DNA of 64,000 bases from Longimicrobiales bacterium. GTDB taxonomy: Bacteria > Gemmatimonadota > Gemmatimonadetes > Longimicrobiales > Gaopeijiaceae. The position numbers and the translations under genes were made by a program. The stretch is taken from contig CBDFMQ010000002.1 of the NCBI GenBank assembly GCA_965249725.1, forward strand, positions 992,001-1,056,000, read 5' to 3'. Positions 39,817 through 50,338 of this stretch are shown one piece after another (within the stretch, counting starts at the first letter, position 1; each line of letters starts with the position of its first letter). A model generated the notes under the pieces. The model was given only the letters and a program-made list of their open reading frames with translations, did no database searches and was not told where the DNA came from.

Positions 39817-39858
39817 CCTCGGCGTGACCCTCGGCGTGACCCTCGGCGTGACCCTCGG
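39817..39858. repeat. 12-bp tandem repeat x3.5
   Basis: CCTCGGCGTGAC repeated, intergenic. Confidence 0.9.
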
Positions 39859-40206
39859 TTGCTCTCGCGCCAACCTGCCTGGAGGCGCATCTTGAACTGT
39901 CATGGGAAAGAAGAAACAAGCAACATCAGACCAATTGCGGGCGAGGGCGCTCGGTGCCAGGCAAGCGGCTAACCCCGACCAGTTGCCAACCGAGATCGGT
40001 AGTCTGATTCGGGGTGACGAGCCTCGGAAGCTACCAAGGGAGCAGACGCTCCACCCGTTGGACGAGATTGCCCGTCAGAAAGTGGCCGTGGAGGAGATTC
40101 GTGCAGACGAGGACCACGAAGTGTACACGGACGGCCAACACCTTCATGTTTCCAACTTGGCCCGACGAAATTCACCATACCAGCCCATCCACATCAGGAG
40201 ACCGCC

Positions 40207-40632
40207 GTGGGCAAGATCAGGGAATACGAGGGCGACGGCATCGTGGTCCGCTACGATGTCCAGCGCTGCATTCACGCCGCGGAATGCGTGCATGGACTCG
40301 ACGCCGTATTCAACCCTGATCGACGCCCCTGGATCGACGCGACGGCAGGCAGCCCCGACGATATCGCAGCCGTGATCGCCAAGTGCCCGACCGGTGCCCT
40401 GACCTTCGAGCGCACCGACGGTGGGCCCCAAGAAGTCCCCGCTGCCCCGGCCATTTCCCTCGCGGTGGACGGCCCACTCTACGTCCAGGGCGGAGTCGAG
40501 ATCGTCGATCACGAAGGACGCACGGTCACCACCGACGCGCGTGTCGCGCTATGTCGATGCGGGGCCTCGAAGAACAAGCCCTACTGTGATGACAGTCACC
40601 TCGAGATCGGATTCAAGTCCGACTCGGGCTGA
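40207..40632 (+). CDS. Divergent 4Fe-4S plus CDGSH iron-sulfur protein
   Basis: CIHAAEC, CPTGAL and LCRCGASKNKPYCDDSH motifs; AGGAG RBS. Confidence 0.9.
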   Translation: MGKIREYEGDGIVVRYDVQRCIHAAECVHGLDAVFNPDRRPWIDATAGSPDDIAAVIAKCPTGALTFERTDGGPQEVPAAPAISLAVDGPLYVQGGVEIVDHEGRTVTTDARVALCRCGASKNKPYCDDSHLEIGFKSDSG

Positions 40633-40662
40633 GTGCTCCAGGCAGTGGCGGTCTACCTGCCG

Positions 40663-43125
40663 TCACTCGTTCCGTAGAGCCTCCATCGGATCGGCCCGAG
40701 AAGCGCGACGCGCCGGCACGTAGCCCGAGAGCACCGAAACGGCGAGCAGCGTACCCACCACACTGAGAATCACGACGGGGTCGTACGGCGCCACGCCGTA
40801 GAGAAGCCCGGCCAATACCCGGGTCGTCACCAACGCTGCGACCAGGCCACCCGCGAGTCCGAAAAGGGACATTCGGACACTCTCGGACAGGACGAGCCTC
40901 ATAACGGATCCAGGCTCGGCACCGAGAGCCATACGGACTCCCATCTCAGACGTTCTGCGCGACACGGCGTAGCTGATCACGCCGTAGATGCCGACGGCCG
41001 ACAGCAACAGGGCGGCGATGGCAAAGGCGGCCAGGAGGAGAGCGTTGAACCGATCCCGCGCGACGCTGACGGCCGCAATATCGTCCATGGACTGGACGGT
41101 AGGGACCGGCAGCTGGGCATCCACCTGCCACACAGCCTCACGGACAGGTGCGATCATCTGTGGCAGATCCCCGCCCGCCCGCACGGCCAGGGTGATGCCC
41201 CAGAACGGGAACTGCCGCCACGGCATGTACACGGCCGGCGGCACCTCTGCCCGGAGCCCCATGAAGCGAACGTCGTCCACGACCCCCACGATCTCGTAGC
41301 TCGTGGGCATCCCCTCTCCCCAGTTCCCTACACTCGTGGTGTGGTTGATCCGTTTGCCCAGAACGTCCTCGCCGGGCAGGAACTCGCGGGCGAACGCTTC
41401 ATTCACAAGGACGGTGCCCGGGGCATCCGCGCGGTCCACATCGGTGAACTCACGACCCTGCAGCACGTCGATACCCATGAGCTCGAGGTATCCCTCTCCG
41501 ATGATGCGGAGTCGCATGGCGGGCACTTCACCCGGCGCCGGCGTCGGAAGGTGCTCGAACGTGAAGCTCGACCCCCAGTTGCTCTGCAGCGGGTGGTCGT
41601 AGGTGAGGGCGACGGCCTCAACGCCGGGCAGGGACCGGACGCCTTCCATGACGTCATCCGTAAAAGCCCAGAGCTTCTCGGCCTCATCATACTCACTATT
41701 CGGCAACAGAATCGAAGCCAGAAGTACGCCATCGGCCTCGAAGCCCGCGTCCGCCGCCTTCAACGCCTGGAAGCTGCGTAGCAGCAGGCCTGCCCCAACC
41801 AAGAGGATCACGGCGAGGCCAAGCTGAGACACGACCAACATCCGGCTCGCACGGCTTCTTCCCTTCCCTGCGGATCCGGTACGGCTACGGGAACCCAATG
41901 CCCCACCCACGCCTTGCCCACCGATTCGTAGTGCGGGAATGAGAGCCCCGATAGAGCTGGCACCCAAGACCACGCACAGCGTGAACAGGAGGACGACCGG
42001 ATCGATACCGATTTCGCCTAAGCGAGGCAGATCCTGAGGGACCATGCTCAAGAGCGCCTCGGTGGCCCAGAGCGCCAGCACGAGACCTGCCGCCCCTCCC
42101 ATCACCCCGAGTATCAAGACCTCGGTGAAACTCTGCCGAATCAGTCGCCGGCTCCCCGCCCCCAGGGCCGTGCGCACCGCCAGCTCCGACTCGCGATCGA
42201 GTGTTCGGGCCAGAACGAGGTTGGTGAGGTTGCCACACGCGACCAAGAGGACGAGCCCCACGGCCGCGAGAAGGATCAGGAGTTCGGCTCGAACGTCGCC
42301 TACCACTTCGTCTCTGAGTGTCTGGACGAGCACGCCTCTACCGAGGTTGGTATCCGGGTATTCGGTAGCCAAGCCGGCTGCGATGCTGCTCAGGTCCGCC
42401 TGCGCCTGGTCGACCGTCACCCCCTCTGCCATGCGTCCCACGGCTCCAAGCACCCGGCAGAAGCGGCCTCCGAAGCATCCCCCCTGGAAGGAGAGGGGCG
42501 TCCACATGAACCTCGCGTCCTGACCCTGCGGGAGCAGGATTCTCATGTTCATACGTGGGAAGTCGGTCGGAGGCATGACCCCCACGATCTCGTAGCGCTC
42601 GCGGCTTGCAGTCACGACGCGGCCCACGATGCTCGGGTCCCCGCCGTAACGGCTCTGCCAAAGGGCGTGGCTCAGTATGGCGACTCGGATGCCGGCCTCA
42701 CCGTCCTCGGGGCGGAACGTCCTCCCTAGGATGGGCTCGATCCCGAGGGTCGAGAAGTACCCGGGCGTCACGACGCTTCCCGCCACGCGCTCGGGCGCGG
42801 CATCATCGCCGATCAGGTCGTAGCTCCCGCTGCCGATGGCCGCCATGGAGGAGAACGTCCGGTTCATCTCCCTCCAGTCGCGGAAGTTGCCACCCGCGAT
42901 GCGGGTCAACTCGACCCCCCGCTCCGGGTTGTTCGCCCACAGCACGACCAGTTGATCAGGCTCGGGGAACGGCAACGGACTCAGGAGCACACCGTTGACG
43001 ACCGAGAAGATCGCCGTGTTCGCACCCACACCGAGGGCAAGCGTGAGGATCGCCACCGCCGTGAAGCTGGGCCGCATCCGAAACGACCGGAGTGCGAACC
43101 GCATATCCTGGATCAGGTCACCCAT
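40663..43125 (-). CDS. Duplicated MacB/FtsX orphan permease (ADOP-like)
   Basis: LALGVGANTAIFSVV, ELAVRTALGA, EMGVRMALGA and PARRA...DPMEALR motifs. Confidence 0.9.
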   Translation of the reverse strand: MGDLIQDMRFALRSFRMRPSFTAVAILTLALGVGANTAIFSVVNGVLLSPLPFPEPDQLVVLWANNPERGVELTRIAGGNFRDWREMNRTFSSMAAIGSGSYDLIGDDAAPERVAGSVVTPGYFSTLGIEPILGRTFRPEDGEAGIRVAILSHALWQSRYGGDPSIVGRVVTASRERYEIVGVMPPTDFPRMNMRILLPQGQDARFMWTPLSFQGGCFGGRFCRVLGAVGRMAEGVTVDQAQADLSSIAAGLATEYPDTNLGRGVLVQTLRDEVVGDVRAELLILLAAVGLVLLVACGNLTNLVLARTLDRESELAVRTALGAGSRRLIRQSFTEVLILGVMGGAAGLVLALWATEALLSMVPQDLPRLGEIGIDPVVLLFTLCVVLGASSIGALIPALRIGGQGVGGALGSRSRTGSAGKGRSRASRMLVVSQLGLAVILLVGAGLLLRSFQALKAADAGFEADGVLLASILLPNSEYDEAEKLWAFTDDVMEGVRSLPGVEAVALTYDHPLQSNWGSSFTFEHLPTPAPGEVPAMRLRIIGEGYLELMGIDVLQGREFTDVDRADAPGTVLVNEAFAREFLPGEDVLGKRINHTTSVGNWGEGMPTSYEIVGVVDDVRFMGLRAEVPPAVYMPWRQFPFWGITLAVRAGGDLPQMIAPVREAVWQVDAQLPVPTVQSMDDIAAVSVARDRFNALLLAAFAIAALLLSAVGIYGVISYAVSRRTSEMGVRMALGAEPGSVMRLVLSESVRMSLFGLAGGLVAALVTTRVLAGLLYGVAPYDPVVILSVVGTLLAVSVLSGYVPARRASRADPMEALRNE

Positions 43126-43144
43126 ACCGCGCCCCCTCGTTCAC

Positions 43145-43206
43145 CCATCGACGCTGGTCCACCGACGCTGGTCCATCGACGCTGGTCCATCGACGGTGGT
43201 CCGTCG
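43145..43206. repeat. 14-bp tandem repeat x4.4
   Basis: CCAYCGACGSTGGT repeated just upstream of the permease start. Confidence 0.9.
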
Positions 43207-43284
43207 CCCAGTGTCCGTCGCCCGAGAGACTGTCTATGCGACACACCGTTGTGCGGATTGGTTGCGAGGGAGGTGATCCCCGAA

Positions 43285-44706
43285 TCAGCCTCCGCTGAAG
43301 AGCGTCCAGACCACCAGCTCACTGAAGCTGGATGCGAGGAGGAACCGGCCGTCCGGCGAAAACGCGACCATCGTCGCATCGGCCGACGTCGGGAAGTGCT
43401 GAATCTCGGCCCCGGTCTCCGCGTCCCATACGACGACCTCCGCCGGGTCCTGGCTCCTTCGCGGAGCGGTCGTGGCGGTCAGCACCAGTTGACCGTCGGG
43501 GGAGAAGGCCGCGTCCTCGACATCGATGTTGGTGGTGAAACGGAGCACCTCGGCGCCCGTCGAGATGTCCCAGATGATGATCTCCGAGTTATCCCCGATC
43601 ACGGCCAGGGCGCGCGTGCCATCGGGCGACAGCGCCACGGACGTCTGCTGATGCAGCTGTACACCCGCCTGGCTCTCCCGTCCAAGGGTGGGGAGGCGCA
43701 GCCTCTCGGCGCCCGTGGAGGCGTCGAACAAGGCCACGTAGCCGAACGGCGAGCCCATCAACACCGACTCACCGCCAAAACCCACTGCCACCGGACCGAC
43801 CTGATCGGGTAGCTGGAAGCTGTACTCGACGGCACCGGTGTGTGAGTCCAAGAGCGCCGGCTCGTCCGCGTCGTAGTAGAACCGGGCCAGCACCTGCTCA
43901 CCATCCGGAGAGAATGCAGCACTCCACACGTCATCTCGTGTCCGAAAACGCCGAACCTCTTCGCCAGTCTGGTTGTCCCAGATAATCAGCTGCCCGCCGC
44001 GGAGGGTGGCCAACACCAGTCGGCCATCACGCGAGAACGAGCCTGACAGAAGGGGCCACAACTCCTCGGCGGGTTCACCGCCTCTCTGCCGGCTCCACAA
44101 CCGTCGCCTTTGGAAATCACCCTCCGAGAGCAGCAGGTGCGGGGCCTCGTAGGTCTCGACCTCCTGATCTGCGACACAACTCCGGGCTCCACGTACGTCA
44201 TCGACCCAAGTGCTTCGCACGCGGACATAGGCATCTGCGTCCGGCCCAAACTCGAAGCAGAAGCTGTTCTCTCCCAGGCCGATGACCGTCTGACCCGCAG
44301 GAACCGTGACCGTGGCCGGAGTGACGGCGACCACCTGACCAGAGACTCGAACATCGACCCGGGCCGGATTCAGGTGGACCAGATGGACCTGAGCGGTCTC
44401 ACGCGCCAATACCACCGGCACGTACGTCACGTCTCCCGAGTGCACGGTGATGCTTCGATCGAAAGGGGGCAGCCCATCGGCGATAACGCTGAGTCTGTAT
44501 ACCCCCGGCGCGATCTCGAGCGTGAACTCCGAAGCGGACAATCGACCGCGTTCGCTCCCGTCGATCAGGACGCCCGCGGGGCCATTCGGAATCCCCGGTA
44601 GGACCAGAAATCCATTTTCCTGGGCCCACAAGGCAGACGGGGCCGACGCGGACAGCGCGACGAACATGAGGAAGCGTGCGGCGAGGTGTTTCTTGAATGG
44701 TCTCAT
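43285..44706 (-). CDS. Secreted PEGA-like plus WD40 repeat protein
   Basis: Signal peptide, repeated AFSPDG..WD..TGAE; ATG overlaps the hldD stop. Confidence 0.8.
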   Translation of the reverse strand: MRPFKKHLAARFLMFVALSASAPSALWAQENGFLVLPGIPNGPAGVLIDGSERGRLSASEFTLEIAPGVYRLSVIADGLPPFDRSITVHSGDVTYVPVVLARETAQVHLVHLNPARVDVRVSGQVVAVTPATVTVPAGQTVIGLGENSFCFEFGPDADAYVRVRSTWVDDVRGARSCVADQEVETYEAPHLLLSEGDFQRRRLWSRQRGGEPAEELWPLLSGSFSRDGRLVLATLRGGQLIIWDNQTGEEVRRFRTRDDVWSAAFSPDGEQVLARFYYDADEPALLDSHTGAVEYSFQLPDQVGPVAVGFGGESVLMGSPFGYVALFDASTGAERLRLPTLGRESQAGVQLHQQTSVALSPDGTRALAVIGDNSEIIIWDISTGAEVLRFTTNIDVEDAAFSPDGQLVLTATTAPRRSQDPAEVVVWDAETGAEIQHFPTSADATMVAFSPDGRFLLASSFSELVVWTLFSGG

Positions 44707-45692
44707 CAGCGATACGGCTCGTCCGTGGCCAGATAGCCCTTTACGTAGTCTGCGATCCCGTCCTCCAGGGACAGGAAGGGTTGGTCGTACCCGGCCACCC
44801 TCAGGCGGTCCATCTCCGCTTGCGTGTAATACTGATACCGATCGCGGATTTCTAGAGGCGTGTCGACCCACTGAACGGCCGCCTCACGCTCGAGGGCGGA
44901 GAACAGGCTGCCGATGACGTCGAGAAAGGAACGGGCTTGCCCGGTACCGAGGTTGAGGAGGCCCGACACCTCCGGGTGGTCCATGAGCCAAAGCATGACC
45001 GAGACACAGTCCCGCACCGAAACGAAATCCCTCGACTGGCCGCCGTCTGCGTAATCCGGGTGGTGCGATCGGAACAGGGTCACGGCCTCGCCGGCCGCCG
45101 CTACCGGAAACGCCTTGGCCACGATGCTACGCATCTCCCCTTTGTGGTACTCGTTGGGCCCATAGACGTTGAAGAACTTCAGGCCCACCCACTGCGGGGG
45201 CGCGGGATCACCTGATGCCACCCAGCGGGCCACCATTCGATCGAAGAGATGCTTGCTCCAGCCGTACGCATTCATCGGGCGCAACCGGGCGAGCCCCTCG
45301 ACCGAGCCGTCGTCGTCGAAGCCCCGTTCGCCTCCTCCGTATGTGGCGGCGGAAGACGCATAGATGAACGGGACCCGCTGTTCGGCACACCACCGCCAGA
45401 GATCCCTCGACAGGTGGACGTTGGTACGGAGGATCAGGTCGGCGTCGGCCTCCGTGGTCGATGAGATGGCACCCATGTGGAACACCGCCCGAACGCGGGA
45501 GCCCGCACCCTCCAGAAAGGCCGGCAGGTCTTCCGGGAGCACGATGTCCGCCAATTCGCGCTTCGCGATGTTGCGCCACTTGTCGCCATCTCGGAGCCGG
45601 TCACAGATGACCAGCTCCCCCTCGCCCTTCTCCTCGAGGCCGGCCACCAGGTTCGACCCGATGAAGCCCGCACCACCGGTAACGACGATCAT
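44706..45692 (-). CDS. hldD: ADP-L-glycero-D-manno-heptose 6-epimerase
   Basis: TGGAGFIGSN, YASSAATYG, YGWSK, FFNVYGP.E.HKG and YQYYTQA motifs. Confidence 0.95.
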   Translation of the reverse strand: MIVVTGGAGFIGSNLVAGLEEKGEGELVICDRLRDGDKWRNIAKRELADIVLPEDLPAFLEGAGSRVRAVFHMGAISSTTEADADLILRTNVHLSRDLWRWCAEQRVPFIYASSAATYGGGERGFDDDGSVEGLARLRPMNAYGWSKHLFDRMVARWVASGDPAPPQWVGLKFFNVYGPNEYHKGEMRSIVAKAFPVAAAGEAVTLFRSHHPDYADGGQSRDFVSVRDCVSVMLWLMDHPEVSGLLNLGTGQARSFLDVIGSLFSALEREAAVQWVDTPLEIRDRYQYYTQAEMDRLRVAGYDQPFLSLEDGIADYVKGYLATDEPYR

Positions 45693-46042
45693 CCGTCACT
45701 CCCTGAGTCCGAGACGTCGTCGGCTGCACACACCTCGCATCCGCACAGACTCCGCATGAGCTCGTACGTGTAGATGCCAGTGTCGTGGCCGTCGCTCCAA
45801 ACGAACTGGAGCGCGTAACGTCCCACGTAGTGGATGGCCGTAGGATACACACCCGGCTGAACCATGGCACTAGTCAGCATTCGCTGACCCGTAAGCTCAT
45901 CGACACACCCCGCGCACGGACAGCGGAGCCGCAGCTCGCGAGGCTGATACGTGGACTCGTGGCCGTCTTGCCACTCGATCCGAAGGGCCGAACCGTCCTC
46001 GGTGGGACCGATGTGGACCGGTGTCGCATCAGGCGTCGGCAT
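45689..46042 (-). CDS. DUF971 / GBBH-like N-terminal domain protein
   Basis: W.DGH, LRLRCPCAGC, VGRYA...WSDGHDTGIY. Confidence 0.88.
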   Translation of the reverse strand: MPTPDATPVHIGPTEDGSALRIEWQDGHESTYQPRELRLRCPCAGCVDELTGQRMLTSAMVQPGVYPTAIHYVGRYALQFVWSDGHDTGIYTYELMRSLCGCEVCAADDVSDSGSDG

Positions 46043-46047
46043 CCGGG

Positions 46048-46710
46048 TCACGCAGCCAGATGTTCGGCCAAGGCCCTGAAAGCCCGACCGCGGTGACTGC
46101 GCTCGTGTTTCTCCTCGGGAGACATCTCGCCGAACGTGCGACCGAGTTCGACATCCAAGAAGAGGGGGTCGTACCCGAAGCCTCCGTGCCCTCTCGGGCC
46201 CTCGGCGATGACTCCGGGAGCCTCGCCACGGAACGTCGTCACCTCTCCGTTTTGGAGAACGAGGGCGGCCACGCACACGTAACGGGCGCTTCGCTCCTCC
46301 GCCGGCTCGTCCTCAAGCAACTCCAGGAGATACGCGTTGTTGACTCGATCCCGCTCTTCTCCGTCCAACCCGCGCTCCGGCGAGAACCGCTTGGAGCGGA
46401 CACCCGGCGCACCATCCAGCGCATCCACGGCGAGCCCGGAATCGTCCGCCACGGTCGGTCTACCGCTGACTTCGTGGTAGTAGGTCGCCTTGGAGATGGC
46501 GTTCTTTTCGAACGTATCGTAGGGCTCCAGGGCCTCCTCGGCCGGGCTGCGAGCCACCCCCGCCTGATCCAGATCGAGCACGCGGAGACGCGGCACCTCG
46601 CCGAGAATCGCTCTGATCTCGGCAATCTTGTCGACGCTGCGCGTCGCCACCAACAGATCCGTCACGAGGTCTCCGGACATGCCGAGGCGAGAGAGGTTCG
46701 GTTCTGTCAC
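46048..46710 (-). CDS. rdgB: Non-canonical purine NTP pyrophosphatase
   Basis: DDSGL, GAPGV.S, GFGYDP and SHR motifs. Confidence 0.93.
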   Translation of the reverse strand: MTEPNLSRLGMSGDLVTDLLVATRSVDKIAEIRAILGEVPRLRVLDLDQAGVARSPAEEALEPYDTFEKNAISKATYYHEVSGRPTVADDSGLAVDALDGAPGVRSKRFSPERGLDGEERDRVNNAYLLELLEDEPAEERSARYVCVAALVLQNGEVTTFRGEAPGVIAEGPRGHGGFGYDPLFLDVELGRTFGEMSPEEKHERSHRGRAFRALAEHLAA

Positions 46711-46716
46711 AGGCCA

Positions 46717-47430
46717 CTAACCGACGGCGCCTTCTTGGGCCGACACGAGACGCTGGATGCCGCCGAGGGCGAGATCCATGAGGTCGTCGAGTTCGGCTCT
46801 GGTGAAGGGATGCCCCTCCGCGGTGCCCTGCACCTCGACCAGACGGCCCTCCCGCGTGGCGACCACGTTGAGGTCGACCTGAGCCGAGGAATCCTCCGGG
46901 TAGTCGAGGTCCAGCAGCGCCTCGCCGTCGACGATCCCCACGCTTACCGCCGCCACCATTTCCCGCATGGGATTCCGCTCCAGGAGTCCTTGTCTCATGA
47001 GCCCGTCCAGGGCACTCCACAGCGCCACCGATGCCCCCGTGATCGCGGCCGTGCGGGTGCCTCCGTCGGCCTGGAGCACGTCACAGTCCACGATGACCGT
47101 CCGGGAGCCCAATGCCTTCAGGTCCACCACCGAGCGGAGCGAGCGCCCGATGAGACGCTGGATCTCCTGGGTGCGGCCTCCCACCTTGGCCCGCTCCCGG
47201 CCGGAGCGTGTGTGCGTGGCTCGCGGAAGCATGCCGTACTCGGCCGTGACCCATCCGGCCTGACTCCGCTCCCGCCACGGTGGCAGGCCCTCCTCGACGC
47301 TGGCGGCACAAAGCACCCGGGTCTGCCCCGTCGCGACGAGGCACGATCCCTCGGCGTAGGGTACGGATCCGAGCGCCATCTCGAGCCTTCTCAACTCATT
47401 GGCCCCGCGACCATCGACCCTCTGCGTCAC
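46717..47430 (-). CDS. rph: Ribonuclease PH
   Basis: [18 protein letters not shown] and DGGTRTA motifs. Confidence 0.96.
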   Translation of the reverse strand: MTQRVDGRGANELRRLEMALGSVPYAEGSCLVATGQTRVLCAASVEEGLPPWRERSQAGWVTAEYGMLPRATHTRSGRERAKVGGRTQEIQRLIGRSLRSVVDLKALGSRTVIVDCDVLQADGGTRTAAITGASVALWSALDGLMRQGLLERNPMREMVAAVSVGIVDGEALLDLDYPEDSSAQVDLNVVATREGRLVEVQGTAEGHPFTRAELDDLMDLALGGIQRLVSAQEGAVG

Positions 47431-47909
47431 GTGTCCTCCTCGAGGCGCCTCAGAAGCCCGGTGGTCGAGTAATCCCCAACCAAAGGCACTACGGTTACCG
47501 TGCCTCCAGCACCTTCTACGGCCTCGCGCCCCACGATGTCTTCATGGGAGTAGTCACCGCCTTTGACCAGCACGTCGGGGAGCAACCGATCGATGAGCTC
47601 CTCCGGCGTGTCTTCGTCGAAGAGCGTCACGACGTCGACGCTGGCGAGTGCGGCGAGAACGCGGGACCGACCCCCCTCGTCCACCAAAGGCCGTCCGGCC
47701 CCCTTGAGTCTCCGGACCGAGTCGTCCGTGTTCAAGCCCACCACCAGCACGTCTCCTAGGCTCTTGGCCTGCTCGAGGTACTCTACATGACCGCGGTGGA
47801 GCAGGTCGAAGCACCCATTGGTGAACACGACTCGCCCCTCTCGGGGTCGGCCGTGGCGAGCGAGGAGTTCCTGCGCGGAGAGGATCTTCGCTTCAAGCGG
47901 GCCGGTCAT
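47427..47909 (-). CDS. rfaE2: Heptose-1-phosphate adenylyltransferase (stand-alone HldE domain II)
   Basis: [18 protein letters not shown] and STT motifs. Confidence 0.92.
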   Translation of the reverse strand: MTGPLEAKILSAQELLARHGRPREGRVVFTNGCFDLLHRGHVEYLEQAKSLGDVLVVGLNTDDSVRRLKGAGRPLVDEGGRSRVLAALASVDVVTLFDEDTPEELIDRLLPDVLVKGGDYSHEDIVGREAVEGAGGTVTVVPLVGDYSTTGLLRRLEEDT

Positions 47910-48862
47910 GCGCCGCCCTCGGTCTGCGCCTCCGCCAGGGAGCCGAAGACCTCCTTCAGAATGTCCCCCGCCCCGTGCTCCCTCAGGAGATCGGCCAGGC
48001 GGTTGCCGAGCTCGTCCGGCTCGTCGGCGACTCCCGTCACGTCCCCCCGGACCACCCGGGTTCCATCGACGCTCGCCACCAGGCCCCAGAGGCGTAGCCC
48101 ACCCTCATAGGACATCCCCAGCGCTCCGAGCGGCACCTGACATCCGCCCCCGAGACTCTCCAACAACGCACGCTCGGCGCTGACCGCCGACCGGGTCCCG
48201 GGGTCATTCAACTTCCCCACCACCGATCGTGTTCCCGCATCGTCGGTCCTGGTTACGATGCCCAGGGATCCCTGTCCCGGAGTCGGCAACCAGGCGGTCC
48301 TCTCCAACCAAGACAACGTCCGGTCTTTCAGACCGAGGCGCAGAAGACCTGCCCCGGCCAGGATCACGGCGTCGTATTGGCCGTCGTCCACTTTGCTGAG
48401 CCGCGTGTCCACGTTGCCCCTGATACTCCTCGGCTCGACGTCCTGGCGAAAAGCCTTCAACAGCGCCGCACGCCGCAGAGAGCTCGTGCCCACCACGGCC
48501 CCGGGCTTCAGCGAAGCCAGGGTGGTGCGTTCGTCCTTGCGTCCCACGAGCACGTCGCGGGGATCGACGCGGGTCGGAGTAGCCGCAAGGCACAGGCCGT
48601 CGGGCAACCGGGTTGGGAGATCCTTCAAGGAGTGGACCGCCAAGTCGACTGTCCCGCGCAAAAGCGCCTCGTCCAGCTCTGCGGTGAAGACGCCCTTCCC
48701 CCCGATCTCGGGGAGAGACCTGTCGAGAACGTCGTCACCCATGGTACGGATGATCTCGAGCTCGACTCGAGTGGTCCCGTCGGCCTCGAGCGCGGCCTTG
48801 ACCGTGCGACTCTGCGTAAGGGCCAAAAGAGAGCCCCTTGTTCCCAGCGCTAGTGAGGTAAT
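47906..48862 (-). CDS. hemC: Hydroxymethylbilane synthase, probable ATT start
   Basis: GTRGSLLALTQ, GKGVF, VHSLKD, GTSSLRR, RGNVDTR and GGCQVP motifs. No ATG/GTG/TTG in frame upstream of GTRGS. Confidence 0.92.
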   Translation of the reverse strand: MTSLALGTRGSLLALTQSRTVKAALEADGTTRVELEIIRTMGDDVLDRSLPEIGGKGVFTAELDEALLRGTVDLAVHSLKDLPTRLPDGLCLAATPTRVDPRDVLVGRKDERTTLASLKPGAVVGTSSLRRAALLKAFRQDVEPRSIRGNVDTRLSKVDDGQYDAVILAGAGLLRLGLKDRTLSWLERTAWLPTPGQGSLGIVTRTDDAGTRSVVGKLNDPGTRSAVSAERALLESLGGGCQVPLGALGMSYEGGLRLWGLVASVDGTRVVRGDVTGVADEPDELGNRLADLLREHGAGDILKEVFGSLAEAQTEGGA

Positions 48863-48904
48863 TGGATCGCTCCCGCCCTCGAGGGGATCGTCACGGCACC
48901 CCTA

Positions 48905-50236
48905 TCACAGGGGAGCTTCGAACCATCCCCAGAATACCACCATGATAACGGTCGCGACGCAAAGGGTCACGAGCATCACCGGCGTGCCTTTCCTGAACCA
49001 CAAGCCCGGCGTGATCGCCAAACTCGGATCGTTCTCTTCGCGCGCCAACCGCTCGGAGATCGTGACGATGAATACGTTGGCCGTTGAACCGATGTGAGTG
49101 CCGTTTCCGCCAAGACCCACGCCCATGGCAAGCCCCCACCAAATCGGCGTCACGTTGATTCCCTGCGTCTCCATTCCGAGGATGATCGGGATCATCGCAG
49201 CGGTGAATGGAATGTTGTCGATCGCCGCCGATAGGAACGCGGCGACCCACATCAGGGCGATCGTCGCCACCATTAAATCCTGTTGGGCGAAGGGCAGGAT
49301 GAACTGACCTACGTAAATGAGGAACTCACTGTGCTCCACGCCGCCGACCACCATGAACAGGCCGATGAAGAAGATCAACAGTGGGACCTCGACATGTTCC
49401 ATCGCGTGATCCATCAAAAGGTCCCGAGACGCAAAGGTCAACGCGGTCATGCCGAGGGCTGCGACGAACCAAGGCTCCCAGTGCAGGGCACCGTGAAGCA
49501 TGAAGAGAACGACCATCAGGCCGAGAACGACCAGAGACGCTTTCCAGAGCTTGGGGTCCTTGATCTCTCCCTTTTCATGGAAGGACGCAGCCGGTTCCAC
49601 GGCGAGCTCTTTCCGGAAAGTCCACTTCAAGAACAAGAGGACCACGAGCCAAACCAGGGCAACGGGTGGCCCCATACGGATGGCGAAGTCGTTGAATGAA
49701 ATACCCGCGGCAGAGCCGATCATGAGGTTCGGGGGATCGCCCACGAGCGTTCCGATTCCACCGGTGTCCGAAAGCAGGGCCGCCGCCAAGAGGTAAGGAA
49801 TCGGGTTTATCTTTTGGGCCTTGGCGATCAGGATGATCAGCGGGCCGAAGATCACGACAGTGGTCACGTTGTCGAGCAACAGCGAGAGTACCGTCACACA
49901 AGTGCCGAGCAGCACCAGCATCAGATAGAGCCGGCCTTTGCTGAACGCAGCCAGCTTATAGGCCAGCCAACCGAACCCTCCGGTCGGGATCATGATCGAG
50001 ACGATGGTCATCATCGCCGCGAGCAGGAAGATGACGTTCCAGTCCACCGCCTCGACCGCTTGCATCGGTGAGTAGAAGCCGAATCTCTGACCGACAATCA
50101 CCATCGCAAGGGAACCTGCTGCAGCGACTTTCGATCGCTCCATCCCATGCAGTTGCTCGGTGAAAATGGCGATGAACGTCACCGCGAGAACGACGCCCGA
50201 GGCAATCATCGCCGGCGTTAGTACTAGCTGCTCCAT
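48905..50236 (-). CDS. ArsB/NhaD (ion transporter superfamily) permease
   Basis: LDNVTT, GDPPN, IDNIPF and LGGNGT.IGS.AN motifs. Confidence 0.88.
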   Translation of the reverse strand: MEQLVLTPAMIASGVVLAVTFIAIFTEQLHGMERSKVAAAGSLAMVIVGQRFGFYSPMQAVEAVDWNVIFLLAAMMTIVSIMIPTGGFGWLAYKLAAFSKGRLYLMLVLLGTCVTVLSLLLDNVTTVVIFGPLIILIAKAQKINPIPYLLAAALLSDTGGIGTLVGDPPNLMIGSAAGISFNDFAIRMGPPVALVWLVVLLFLKWTFRKELAVEPAASFHEKGEIKDPKLWKASLVVLGLMVVLFMLHGALHWEPWFVAALGMTALTFASRDLLMDHAMEHVEVPLLIFFIGLFMVVGGVEHSEFLIYVGQFILPFAQQDLMVATIALMWVAAFLSAAIDNIPFTAAMIPIILGMETQGINVTPIWWGLAMGVGLGGNGTHIGSTANVFIVTISERLAREENDPSLAITPGLWFRKGTPVMLVTLCVATVIMVVFWGWFEAPL

Positions 50237-50338
50237 CTCTGTGACCTCTTGGGGTTGAATCGATAGGCGTAAAAAAAATCCTCAGGCGACAGAGCGGTTC
50301 CGGATCTGCCCGATCGCCGCCCGAGGGATTGGGACTCG

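Noticed and set aside
39902..40375. 157-aa plus-strand ORF
   Set aside because: Overlaps the CDGSH gene out of frame and has no recognisable motif.
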